Of a stretch of DNA of 64,000 nucleotides, positions 45,739 through 54,900 are shown piece by piece. The stretch covers positions 646 to 64,645 of the forward strand of contig CAVUDH010000015.1 of assembly GCA_963740185.1 (NCBI GenBank). Direction: 5' to 3'. This DNA is from an uncultured Verrucomicrobiae bacterium. GTDB taxonomy: Bacteria > Verrucomicrobiota > Verrucomicrobiia > Chthoniobacterales > JAATET01. The position numbers were made by a program, and so were the translations under genes. Each line of letters begins with the position of its first letter. Within the stretch, counting starts at the first letter, position 1. The notes beneath the pieces were generated by a model, which saw only the letters and a program-made list of their open reading frames with translations, made no database searches and had not been told where the DNA came from.

Positions 45739-48700
45739 ATGATCTCCGCCCGACTCCTTGCCGCTCTCCTGCTCGTCACGACGTCCGTGCCGACGATCTT
45801 CGCCGCCTCGTCGGTGGAACTTCAGACCCGAGAAGAATCGCAATCACCCAGCGGCTGGCTCGGCTTCCGCATCCGTTTTCCCGAGGGCGTACGCCCCGGC
45901 GCCGGGCAGCCGACCATCCCGTTGGTCGGGAGCCCGCTCTTCCGCGCCTTCCTCGCACCCGACGCTCGCACCGTGAAGCTCGACCTTCGGATCACGCGCC
46001 GAGAGCCACTCTCCGCCCTTGGCGAGACGCCCAACGTCGTCGGTCTCCTGCTCGCCGGCTCGAGCCGAACCAATGGTATCACCTTGCCTTCGCTTGGGAC
46101 GTCGAGCGGGACGAGTTCACGATCTACCTCAATGGCGTCCAGCAGGAATCCGCCCGCGTCGTCGACGTGGGCTTCTGGACCGAAGGCGCACCCGACCTGC
46201 GAGGACCGGTCACGCTCGGCGCACCCGACGCCGCCGTGGAGATCGAAGACGCCCACCTCAGCGCCGAACCCCTCGATCCAGACCGACTTGCCGCCGACAC
46301 GGCTCCGCTTCCCGCGCTCGCGGGCGAAGGCCGCACGCTTTACACCGACCCGCTCGACCTCACGCCCTGGAAAAAGACGCCGCTCTACGAAAACGACTTC
46401 GACCAGCCATTGGACGTTGTCCGCGAAAGCGACGCCCCGTCGGCTCGCGAAGACCAGTGGATTCTCGAAGGTAATGGCCAGGCCATCACCCGCGACGGCG
46501 GTCTCGTGCTTTCGTCCAGCCACACCGAGCCGCCGCCCTACTTCGACGGCGAAAAGACCGTTATCACCGGGTCGGATCACGTCGTCCTGTGGCTGAACCG
46601 ACGTTTTCCCGACGGCATCCTTGTCGAATACACGATGCAGCCCCGCGACACAAATCGCGGGCTCCACATCCTCTTCTTCAGTGCCAGCCACCCGGACGGC
46701 GGCACGATCTTCGACCGGACGACAAAACCCGCAACGGCGTCTTCTCGAATTACATCCAGAATCCCGACGAGCTTCTCGCCTACCACATCTCGCTCTGGGC
46801 CTCACCCTATCGCCCCCGCGGCACGTCGAACCTCCGCAAAGACGGCACCTTCTCCCTGTTGGCCGTCGGCGACGACCGCATTACCGGCCAAGGCGATCGC
46901 CCCTATTCGGTTCGCGTGCTCAAGGACGGTCCACTCATTCAAGCTGAAGTCGATGGGCGAAAGATCATCGATTTCGAGGACACGGATCCCATCTTCACCG
47001 ACGGCTACCTCGGATTCCGCATCATGGGCGACTCCGGATCCGTCACCCTGCGCGATCTCAAAGTCTGGAAGCTCGAGCCCCCGGTCGACGAACCGACCAG
47101 CAGCATCGTCGTCCCCGAGATCACCGCCCCGCATCCCCGCCTTTTCGTCGACGCCGACGAACTCGCGACGATGAAGCGCCGCGTCGAGGACCGCCAGTTC
47201 CCTCATGCCCTCGCGTGGGACGCTCTCCGCGAGGAACTCGAGAAACCGGAGAACCCGCGGCCCTACGTCGGCTCCGAAGGGAAGACGTTTTTCAAGATCG
47301 CGAATTTCCAGGGCGGTCGCGCCCGCGATCTCGCGCTTGCGTGGTGGATCACCGGAGACGCCGCCTACGCCGACCGCGCCGTCGCTCTCATCCGCGCCTG
47401 GGCCTCCGCCCGCCCACTCCCCGGCACGGAACTCTCCAATGCGAACGCTCGGGACACACCGAACTTCGGCATCTGGATTGCTCGCGGCACGCTCCCCTTT
47501 TTCTACGCCGCCGACTTGCTCTGGAGCGCCCCCGCCTTCACCGACCAGGACCGTGCCGTCGTCTCCGAGTGGGCGCTCGCCCTCGTTCCACTCATCAAAG
47601 CCAGCAAGGCAAAATGGAAATCCGCCGACTACTACGGCCAGCAGAATTTCAATAATCACCTCGCCACCCACACCCTCGGCCTCGCCGCGCTCGGCTCGCT
47701 CCTCGGCGACCGCGACCTCGTCCAATTTGCCCTCGACAGCGACGCGAACGACCGCGACTACCGCGAGCTTTTGGAAGGCCTCATCCTCCTGCCCGGCGAT
47801 ACCGTCCACCGCCGCGAAAACCCCAACGCTCCCGCGCCGCAAGCCGGTGAGATCTACGACCGCTACCGCCACAAGACCGGTCCGCGGAAGGGCATGCAAT
47901 ACACCAACCTCAGCCTCAATTTGCTCGGAATGACCGCCGAGATCGGGCGCCACCTCGGTCTCGATCTGTGGGGCACCACCGCTCCGGGCGGTGAGAACTT
48001 GCGGCTGCCCCACGAGTTCTACTCCGACTTCTACCGCCTCGACACCACCGACATCAAAGGCGGCTTCTACTCCGGCGAGAACGACCGCCTCGGGCAGGCG
48101 GGTGACTCCGTCGCCACCTTCGAACTCGGCTTCAGCCAATTCCCCGACAGCGCGCCGCTCCGAGACCTACTCTGGGTCATGGACCGTCCCCTTCACGTCG
48201 ATCACCTCCTCGGTCCCACCGTTCTCACGCACGGAGTCGTCTTCCCCGAGCAGGCCGGTCTCGCCGCCCGCGCCACTCCCGAGACGCCCCCGGCAAATCC
48301 CGTCGACGCATCCGTCGTGGTCCCCAAGATCACCAAGCCCCACCCACGCCTCGTCCTCGACGCCGCCGGACTCGATGCCATGAAAGCTCGCGCCCTTTCC
48401 GGCGACGATCCTTGGGTCACCGCTTGGGACGCACTCCGTCGGCGTGCGGACGACGCCTTGGAGCGCCAAGGAAAATTCATACCCTACGTCGGCGGCGACC
48501 CCGCCCGTTTCTACCGCACGCTACTTCCCCAGGCCAAAGCCGCCCGCGACCTTGCGCTCACCTGGTGGATCACCGGAGACGACCGCTACGCCACCGCTGC
48601 CAACGAGATCATCGCCCGCTGGGTTTCGGCCCGCCCGCTCCCCGGCACGACGATCCCTGAAGACACGGACACGCTGAACAAGGGCATGATGATCCCGCGC

Positions 48701-49507
48701 AGTATCTTTCCCCTCATTTGGGCGCACGACATCCTCGCCGGCAAGGACGCTGTCCCGAGCGACACCTCCACCGCTTTCATCGCCTGGCTTCCCGAGCTTC
48801 TCGACCCCATTGAGCACGGTGCTCAGCTTTGGCACGAAAACAACTTCTTCGACCGGCAGTATTACCAAAATCACCAGATCGGTGAGACGATGGGCCTCAT
48901 CGCGATCGCGATCGCGACCGGCGACTCGGACCTGCTCCGCCACGCCGTTAATTCCGGCGAGGATGAGCGCGATTTCCTCGACCTCCTCGCCGGGCTCATC
49001 CTGGCTCCCGGCGACGAGGTTTACTACCGCGAACCCCCCGGCACTGCGGAGCCTCAAGCCGGTGAGATCATCGACCGCTATCGACACTTCGAACTCGCCG
49101 GACACTTCGGAGACTACGTCACTCATCCGAACCGCGGCACCCAATACAGCCTCCTCTCCACCAGTCTGCTCGCCCTCTCCGCCCAAATGCTCGCCACCAA
49201 CGGGCTCGACCTTTGGGATTACGTGGCGCTCGGCGGCGAGACTCTTCGGCAGCCCTTCGAGTTTTATGCCCCGCTCTACGCGGCCAACGACTCCTCGCTG
49301 CAGGGCGGATTCTACGCCGGCGAGACCGACCGACTCGGCAAGGGCGGCGACTCTCGGGCGATTTTCGAATTGGGTGCTCACCACTTCCCCGATTCGTCCG
49401 CCATCGCGAGCGCTTTGATCCATCCGAACCGCGCCCTTGAAGTATCCGAACTTCTTGGCAGCGAGATATTGATCTTCGGAGCGAGTGTCGATCCACCTCC
49501 CGAATAG
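45739..49507 (+). pseudogene. Secreted about 1250-aa multidomain protein: LamG-like + DUF1961-like beta-sandwich + two tandem polysaccharide-lyase-like (alginate-lyase/heparinase-N alpha/alpha-toroid type) modules; frame changes near 46070 and 46715, intact thereafter
   Basis: Signal MISARLLAALLLVTTSVPTIFA. WYHLAFAWDVERDEFTIYLNGV (LamG). DQWILEGNGQAITRDGGLVLSS..VVLWLNRRFPDGILVEYTMQP..LAYHISLW..RGTSNLRKDG..GYLGFRIMG (DUF1961-like). Module 1 is at 47102..48244 and module 2 at 48305..49507; each has PHPRL, ARDLALxWWITGD, NNH/QNH and GEIxDRYRH. Confidence 0.6.
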
Positions 49508-49569
49508 TTTCCCCTCAACGCCGAAGCCAATCTGGCTCCGGCCCAACCCCCAACCCCACAACCGCCCCC

Positions 49570-50868
49570 ATGAAAAAACCCTCCATCGCAGTCAGCTTTG
49601 CGCTGCTCATCTCCGCGTCCATCGTTCAATCACAAGTCGTTCCAGCAATCACCAACCCGCAACCGCGCATCTTTCTCAACGCCAGCGAGATTGCCACCAT
49701 CCGGGCCCGGGTTTCTTCGGGGATTCAGCCGCACGCCTCGGCTTACGCTTTCCTGAAATCGGACACGATCGCCAACATTCCATCATCGACTCGGCTGACG
49801 CCCTACCTGGGCAACGATGGCCGGTCTTTTTACAACGTCGCAACCCTCCACGGCGGATTTGCCCGGGATCTCGCCATCGCCTATCAGGTCTCCAAAGGAA
49901 TCGAGACGCCGGCGCAAACCACGGCTTACGCGAGGAAAGCGGCCAACATTCTTCGAAACTGGGCCTCCGGCTCACCCCTCCCGGGAACCGCGCTCGACCC
50001 CGGCTCGCCGGCCATCGCCAATCACGGGATGTGGTTGAGTCGTGGGATCATTCCCTTCGCTTACGCCTACGATCTGATTGGCGACTACACCGGCGACGGT
50101 GCCCTTTCGACCGCCGACCGGCTGGCCATCGAAACGTGGTTGAACGCCTTGGTTCCCCCAATTCGTGCGTCCCTCGCCGACTGGCACTCCAACCGGTACT
50201 ACAATTTTCAGAACTACAACAATCACCTCGCTGCCGACATCGCGGCTCTCGTGGCCATCGGCTATGCGGTCGGCGACCGTTCCCAGGTTCAGTGGGCTAT
50301 CAGCGTCTCGATTGCGACAAATCCGCGCGATTGGGTTGCGCTGCTCAAGGGCCTCATCCTTCGCCCGGGCGATCCAACGCACCACCGCGAGAAAGCTGGT
50401 GCGCCGTTGGTTCAGGATGGCGAGATCTACGACCGCTACCGTCACTACACCGGGCCGCTCAAGGGTCTCCAATACTCTACGCTCGCCCTCACACTCCTGA
50501 GCGTGCCCGCCGAAATTTGTCACCGCAACGGCCTGGATCTCTGGAATTACTCGGCCAGCACCGGTGAGACGCTGCGCCTGGCGTGGAGCTACTACGCGGA
50601 CTTTTATCGGCTCCAGTCCGCGACCATCAAAAGCGGCTTCTACGCGGCGGATGGAAACGGGAACTACTCCGCGGCGAACGACGAAAGTTGGCGGATCGGG
50701 ATTGCCGGCGACGACGTCGCCGTGTTCGAGCTCGCCCGCACTCGACTCCCATCCTCGGCGGAACTCAACTCGTTGATTCTCGATCTCCAATCGCGGTCAA
50801 ATCCCGCGCGCCACGAGCAGACATCCCTCCTCCTCGGCCCCGTTGCCCTGACCCACGGGACGCCGTGA
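49570..50868 (+). CDS. Secreted polysaccharide-lyase-like protein (third copy of the module in 45739..49507), intact
   Basis: Signal MKKPSIAVSFALLISASIVQS. PQPRIFLNASEIATIRARV, ARDLAIAYQVS, QNYNNHLAAD, QDGEIYDRYRHYTGPLKGLQYSTLAL, NGLDLWNY. Confidence 0.6.
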   Translation: MKKPSIAVSFALLISASIVQSQVVPAITNPQPRIFLNASEIATIRARVSSGIQPHASAYAFLKSDTIANIPSSTRLTPYLGNDGRSFYNVATLHGGFARDLAIAYQVSKGIETPAQTTAYARKAANILRNWASGSPLPGTALDPGSPAIANHGMWLSRGIIPFAYAYDLIGDYTGDGALSTADRLAIETWLNALVPPIRASLADWHSNRYYNFQNYNNHLAADIAALVAIGYAVGDRSQVQWAISVSIATNPRDWVALLKGLILRPGDPTHHREKAGAPLVQDGEIYDRYRHYTGPLKGLQYSTLALTLLSVPAEICHRNGLDLWNYSASTGETLRLAWSYYADFYRLQSATIKSGFYAADGNGNYSAANDESWRIGIAGDDVAVFELARTRLPSSAELNSLILDLQSRSNPARHEQTSLLLGPVALTHGTP

Positions 50869-50990
50869 GACTGCTCCAAGGTATCGCTCGCGTTCACTGA
50901 ACGCCATCGCCAGAAAACCCAAAGACCCGCGAGTCGCGCGCTCGCGCCGTCACCAATTCGAAGCCATCAATCGAAGTCCTGCCCTCGTGC

Positions 50991-52274
50991 CTATCGAAGC
51001 CGGATCGAAGCCGAGCGCCCGTGGGCGTCGAGGCCTTCGATGTCGGCGAAGGTTTGGATGGTTTTCAGCGATTTCTTGAGGCTCTTCTCGTCGTAGCGAA
51101 CGAGGCTGGTGCGGCGTTGAAAAGCGTCTGCGGTCAGGCCGGGGAAGGATTTTCCCGCTCCACCGGTCGGGAGTTCGTGGCTGGGCCCGGCGAGGAAATC
51201 TCCCGCAACGACGGGGCTGATTCCGCCGATGAAGATGCACCCGGTGGTCGTGAGCCGGGTAGCAATGGCGTCGGGTTTGGCCGTGGCGATGGCGACGTGT
51301 TCGGCGGCGAATGCGTTGGCGAGATCGACCGCTTGATCGAGGTTTTTCGTCTGGACCAGGGCGCAATCCTCGAGCGCTTCCCGAAGGTGCTCCGCCCGCG
51401 AAGAGGCCGCGGCCTGGCGCTTGACCGACGCCGCGACCGCTTTCAAGAGCCTGGCGCTTGGGGTGAGGAGGATGGCAACGCTCCCGTGGCCGTGCTCGGA
51501 TTGGGCGAGGAGGTCGGCGGCGATCCAGTCGGGGTTCGCGGCGGCATCGGCGATGACGAGAACCTCGGACGGGCCGGGTAGGAGGTCGATGGCGACCCGG
51601 CCGACGGCCTGCCGTTTGGCTTCGACGACGTAAGCGTTCCCGGGACCGAAGATCTTGGCGACGGGGGCGATGGTCTTCGTTCCGATGGCGAGAGCGGCGA
51701 CGGCCTGGGCTCCACCGACACGGTAGATCTCGGTCGCGCCACAAAGCGAAAGCGCGGCGAGCAGCGCCGGGTGGACTTTTTTGTCGGGACCGGCCGGGGT
51801 GACTGCGACGATCTCGGGACAACCGGCGGTGGCGGCGAGGGTGCAGGTCATCACGGCGGTGGAGACGAGCGGCGCGGTGCCGCCGGGGACGTAAATGCCG
51901 ACGCGCTGAAACGGATCGAACCGCTCGCCGACGGTGGCACCTTGTTGATTTTTCATCGACCAGTTCTTGCGGAGGCTGGCTTTGGCGAAGGCGCGGACGT
52001 TGGTCCGGGCAGCGGTGATGGCGCGGCGGGTGGCGGCGGGGAGCTCGGCCAAGGCGGCGGTGATTTCGTCGTCGGTGACGCGGAGCCTGGCGGCGGTGAG
52101 TTTGGGGCCGCCGAATTTTTCGGTGAAGCGCAGCAGGGCCCGGTCGCCCTCGGTTTCGATCGCGGCGAAAATTTCGGCGACGGTCGCCTGGACTTCGGGT
52201 GCGGGAACGGCCCGGCGGTCGAGGGTGGCGAGGGCGTGGGCGTAGTTGCGGTCAGTGGGACGGTGGATGCGCAT
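50991..52274 (-). CDS. hisD: Histidinol dehydrogenase
   Basis: 427 aa. ALLRFTEKFGG, GIYVPGGTAPLVSTAVM, GPGNAYVVEAKRQ, DLLAQSEHG, FIGGISPVVAGDFLAGPSHELPTGG. Confidence 0.95.
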   Translation of the reverse strand: MRIHRPTDRNYAHALATLDRRAVPAPEVQATVAEIFAAIETEGDRALLRFTEKFGGPKLTAARLRVTDDEITAALAELPAATRRAITAARTNVRAFAKASLRKNWSMKNQQGATVGERFDPFQRVGIYVPGGTAPLVSTAVMTCTLAATAGCPEIVAVTPAGPDKKVHPALLAALSLCGATEIYRVGGAQAVAALAIGTKTIAPVAKIFGPGNAYVVEAKRQAVGRVAIDLLPGPSEVLVIADAAANPDWIAADLLAQSEHGHGSVAILLTPSARLLKAVAASVKRQAAASSRAEHLREALEDCALVQTKNLDQAVDLANAFAAEHVAIATAKPDAIATRLTTTGCIFIGGISPVVAGDFLAGPSHELPTGGAGKSFPGLTADAFQRRTSLVRYDEKSLKKSLKTIQTFADIEGLDAHGRSASIRLR

Positions 52275-52390
52275 CGGTGTTGGGTTTTAGAAAGTGGCGA
52301 ATAATGCCCGAAGGAGGGCGTTGTCGGAAGCGAACTCTGGTGTGAGCGGGAGGGGTGGGCGGTATTTGGAATTTTGGCGGCTTGGCGTGT

Positions 52391-52431
52391 GGCTTCGGCA
52401 GGATGCCGAAGCCGACAGGCTGGAAGCCTGT
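52391..52431. repeat. Double-hairpin palindromic element in the hisD / GH divergent region
   Basis: GGCTTCGGCAggaTGCCGAAGCC (52391..52413), then ACAGGCTggaAGCCTGT (52415..52431) + TCTCC. The second hairpin resembles GGCGGCtggaaGCCGCC + ACTCC at 15468..15489. Confidence 0.6.
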
Positions 52432-52457
52432 TCTCCCCGTGGAGATGCTGGTAAGTT

Positions 52458-53606
52458 TTGCCAATGCTGATTTGTCGAATTTATCTCGTCTTGCTTGTTT
52501 GCGTGACGATTCCGATCAGGGCGGCGGATTTTCCGGTCGGCCTTCACCGCTCCAACCTGCCTTGGCACGAAGAGGGGGATCTCGGGGCGGCGGAAAAGCT
52601 GATGGATGAGATGGCGGTGGATGGAGCGGCGTTTGTGCGATTGTCGGTGAATAATCGAAAAGAGTTCGAGATGGTCGCGGCACACATCCGGATGTGCGAG
52701 GCGAAGGGGATGCGGACGGTGCTGCTGCTTTCGATCACGGGCGAGCCTTTGATCTATCCGGACGGGGCGGAGAGGCGTCCGGGCCGGGAGCCGCTCTGGC
52801 CCTCGTATCTGCATTCGCAAATCGACCCGGATCGATTCCGGGAATGGACGACGGACCTGCTCAAGCTTTTGAAAAAGGAAGATGCGATCCCCGGGGCGAT
52901 TCAGGTGGGAAATGAGATCAACTGGGCGGGATTCAACGGGGACTTCGAGATCCTGCCGGAGGGGGAAGGTTATGGGTTCGACGGGAAATCGACGTGGGAC
53001 GATCTGCCGGAATCGGTGCGGATGGGGGCTCGGAAGTGCGGGCAGATTGCGGCGATCGCGAAGGAGATCGTGGACGCGGTGTTCGCGGAAGGACGGAAGC
53101 CGGAGGTGATCCTTGGCGCGTTGAATAAACCGGAGGATGACGAGTGGTTGGCGCGAATCGGTGGGACGTACGCCGTTCCCGATGTGTATCTGGAAATTGT
53201 CGCGGGCACGCTCCCGGGGATGCCTGAGTCCGAAAAGGAGAATTTTTTAGAGAAGCTGGACGGAATCTCGGTTCACTTTTATCCGAAGATCAATCGGACC
53301 AATCTCCGGAACGCGAAACGATTCAGCCGCGAGTATCTGCGGGATTTCATGGGGCCGGTGAGCGAGGTGACGAAGTTGCCGATTTACGTGTCGGAGTTTG
53401 GTTTTCCGAAGGTTAATTTCGACGATGAGGCGGATCGGGCGGAGGCGTTCGAGGTGTTTCTCGAGGCGATGCGGGCGACGGACGACTCCTGGCGGGCGGT
53501 GGCGGTTTTCAGTTGGGACCAGATGGTGCACGCGATTCGCAACCCCGAGACGGGCACGACGGATGACGTTTTTGTCGAAGCCCTCGGGTGGGAGCGGTCG
53601 GAATGA
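52458..53606 (+). CDS. Secreted clan GH-A-like (TIM-barrel) glycoside hydrolase, family unassigned
   Basis: Signal MPMLICRIYLVLLVCVTIPIRA. Candidate acid/base IQVGNEINWAGFNG. Candidate nucleophile LPIYVSEFGFPKV. Confidence 0.6.
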   Translation: MPMLICRIYLVLLVCVTIPIRAADFPVGLHRSNLPWHEEGDLGAAEKLMDEMAVDGAAFVRLSVNNRKEFEMVAAHIRMCEAKGMRTVLLLSITGEPLIYPDGAERRPGREPLWPSYLHSQIDPDRFREWTTDLLKLLKKEDAIPGAIQVGNEINWAGFNGDFEILPEGEGYGFDGKSTWDDLPESVRMGARKCGQIAAIAKEIVDAVFAEGRKPEVILGALNKPEDDEWLARIGGTYAVPDVYLEIVAGTLPGMPESEKENFLEKLDGISVHFYPKINRTNLRNAKRFSREYLRDFMGPVSEVTKLPIYVSEFGFPKVNFDDEADRAEAFEVFLEAMRATDDSWRAVAVFSWDQMVHAIRNPETGTTDDVFVEALGWERSE

Positions 53607-53622
53607 TGGTCGCGTCGAGCAA

Positions 53623-54783
53623 CTAGTCGAGCAGATCGGCGCAGACTTTGGCGGCGTCGAGGTGGGTCTGGGCGAAGCTGCGGGCGGCGGCGGAGTGGTG
53701 GTCGTAGTTTGCCGAAACCTTGGCGATGGCGGCGGCGGATTCCTCGAGGGTCTTGAACGCGATGATGCCGCTGCCGGACGGCAGGTGATCCGTCCAGCCG
53801 GTGTCCTGGACAACGACGGGTTTACCCATGGCCAAGTAACAGGCGCTGCGGCACGAGAACCAGCCGCTGTGGCTTTTCACGTAGCCGTTTTTCGCGATGC
53901 TCCACTCGGCTTTGCTGTTGCCGAGGAAGTCGTGGTAGGTGGCGTAGTCGGGAAGGTGGACGTCGGGCTCGATGATCTGCCAGCCGGCGGCTTCGATCCG
54001 TTCCGTGGGGCGGGAGCGCCCGACGCCCTGGCCCATGGCGAGGACGAATTTCTCGTCGGTGTGCCGGGGCAGATCGAGGAAGCGGAGAAATTCGAGGTCC
54101 TTGTTGCCGTAGGTGTTGCCCTCGAATTCCTGGGGCGGGTAGCTGGCCCAATTCATGACGGTGGTCCAGGCGTCGCGGGCGACGTGGGTGGCGGTGGGCG
54201 GGAGGAGATTTTTTCGCCACCAGTCGATGGCGATGGGTTGGACGGTGGGTTTCCAATCGAAACCGGCCGTGGGGACAAGGCAACCGGGTTGGCCGACGTT
54301 CAGGCCGAAGGTGTGGTGTTCTTCGTGGGCGCGGAGGTGGTCGATGTAGCCTTGTCGGTCAAGATCGGTGAGGCCGATGTGGGTAAACATCGGATCGCCA
54401 TCGACGAAGAGCTTGCGGGGGATGGCGGCGGTGCAGTCGCGCAGCCAGCACGCTCCGGAGACGTTGACGAGGACGTCAGCTTCGCGGATCACGCGCTCGG
54501 CGTCGTCGCCGGCCGGGCCGTGGTATTTGCCGTCGGCTTCGTTGCGGTAGATCCAACGATCGCCGAGGTCGAACTCGTGCATGACCCGCTCGAGGTAGTT
54601 GACGTTATGGATGCAGTCGGCGGAGGGCTCCTGGGCGACGGGATCGTAGGCCCAGGTCGCGGTGTCCTCGAGATACCAGACGTCGTGACCCAGCTCGCGG
54701 AAGCCGAGGACGTACTGGATGTAGTCCCAAGTGACGCCTCCGAAGGCGTAGTTGCCGATGAGGCCGGTGACGAGGATGCGCAT
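53623..54783 (-). CDS. Glycosyltransferase-like protein (CgeB/GT-B-like C-terminal half), paralog of 54901..56034
   Basis: MRILVTGLIGNYAFGGVTWDYIQYVLGFRELGHDVWYLED; FVDGDPMFTH; AEWSIAKNGYVKSHSGWFSCRSACYLAMGKPVVVQDTGWTDHLPSGSGIIAF. The 670-aa ORF extension upstream of this ATG looks non-coding. Confidence 0.55.
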   Translation of the reverse strand: MRILVTGLIGNYAFGGVTWDYIQYVLGFRELGHDVWYLEDTATWAYDPVAQEPSADCIHNVNYLERVMHEFDLGDRWIYRNEADGKYHGPAGDDAERVIREADVLVNVSGACWLRDCTAAIPRKLFVDGDPMFTHIGLTDLDRQGYIDHLRAHEEHHTFGLNVGQPGCLVPTAGFDWKPTVQPIAIDWWRKNLLPPTATHVARDAWTTVMNWASYPPQEFEGNTYGNKDLEFLRFLDLPRHTDEKFVLAMGQGVGRSRPTERIEAAGWQIIEPDVHLPDYATYHDFLGNSKAEWSIAKNGYVKSHSGWFSCRSACYLAMGKPVVVQDTGWTDHLPSGSGIIAFKTLEESAAAIAKVSANYDHHSAAARSFAQTHLDAAKVCADLLD

Positions 54784-54793
54784 CTTTCTAGCT

Positions 54794-54827
54794 GGTGATT
54801 GGTGACTTGTGATTGGTGATTGGTGGG
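54794..54827. repeat. Heptamer tandem repeat TGATTGG / TGACTTG / TGATTGG / TGATTGG in the 117-bp divergent promoter region
   Basis: ggTGATTGGTGACTTGTGATTGGTGATTGGtggg. It lies 11-44 nt upstream of ATG 54783 (minus) and 74-107 nt upstream of ATG 54901 (plus). Confidence 0.7.
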
Positions 54828-54900
54828 AATGCGGGCGGCTCTCTCGCTTCGCTCGATTTGCCGTGCGCTGCAAGGTGGGAGCTTGTGTTAGTTTGTGGCG

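Noticed and set aside
46802-49561. Minus-strand ORFs of 445 aa (46802..48139) and 346 aa (48521..49561)
   Set aside because: Both are antisense to the lyase-like gene, have low-complexity G/E/V/A-rich translations and contain no motifs.
50955-51010. Four copies of ATCGAAGCC-like 9-mers near the 3' end of hisD
   Set aside because: Two copies lie inside the hisD coding sequence (…SASIRLR), the copies are imperfect and the spacing is irregular. This is most likely chance plus codon bias.
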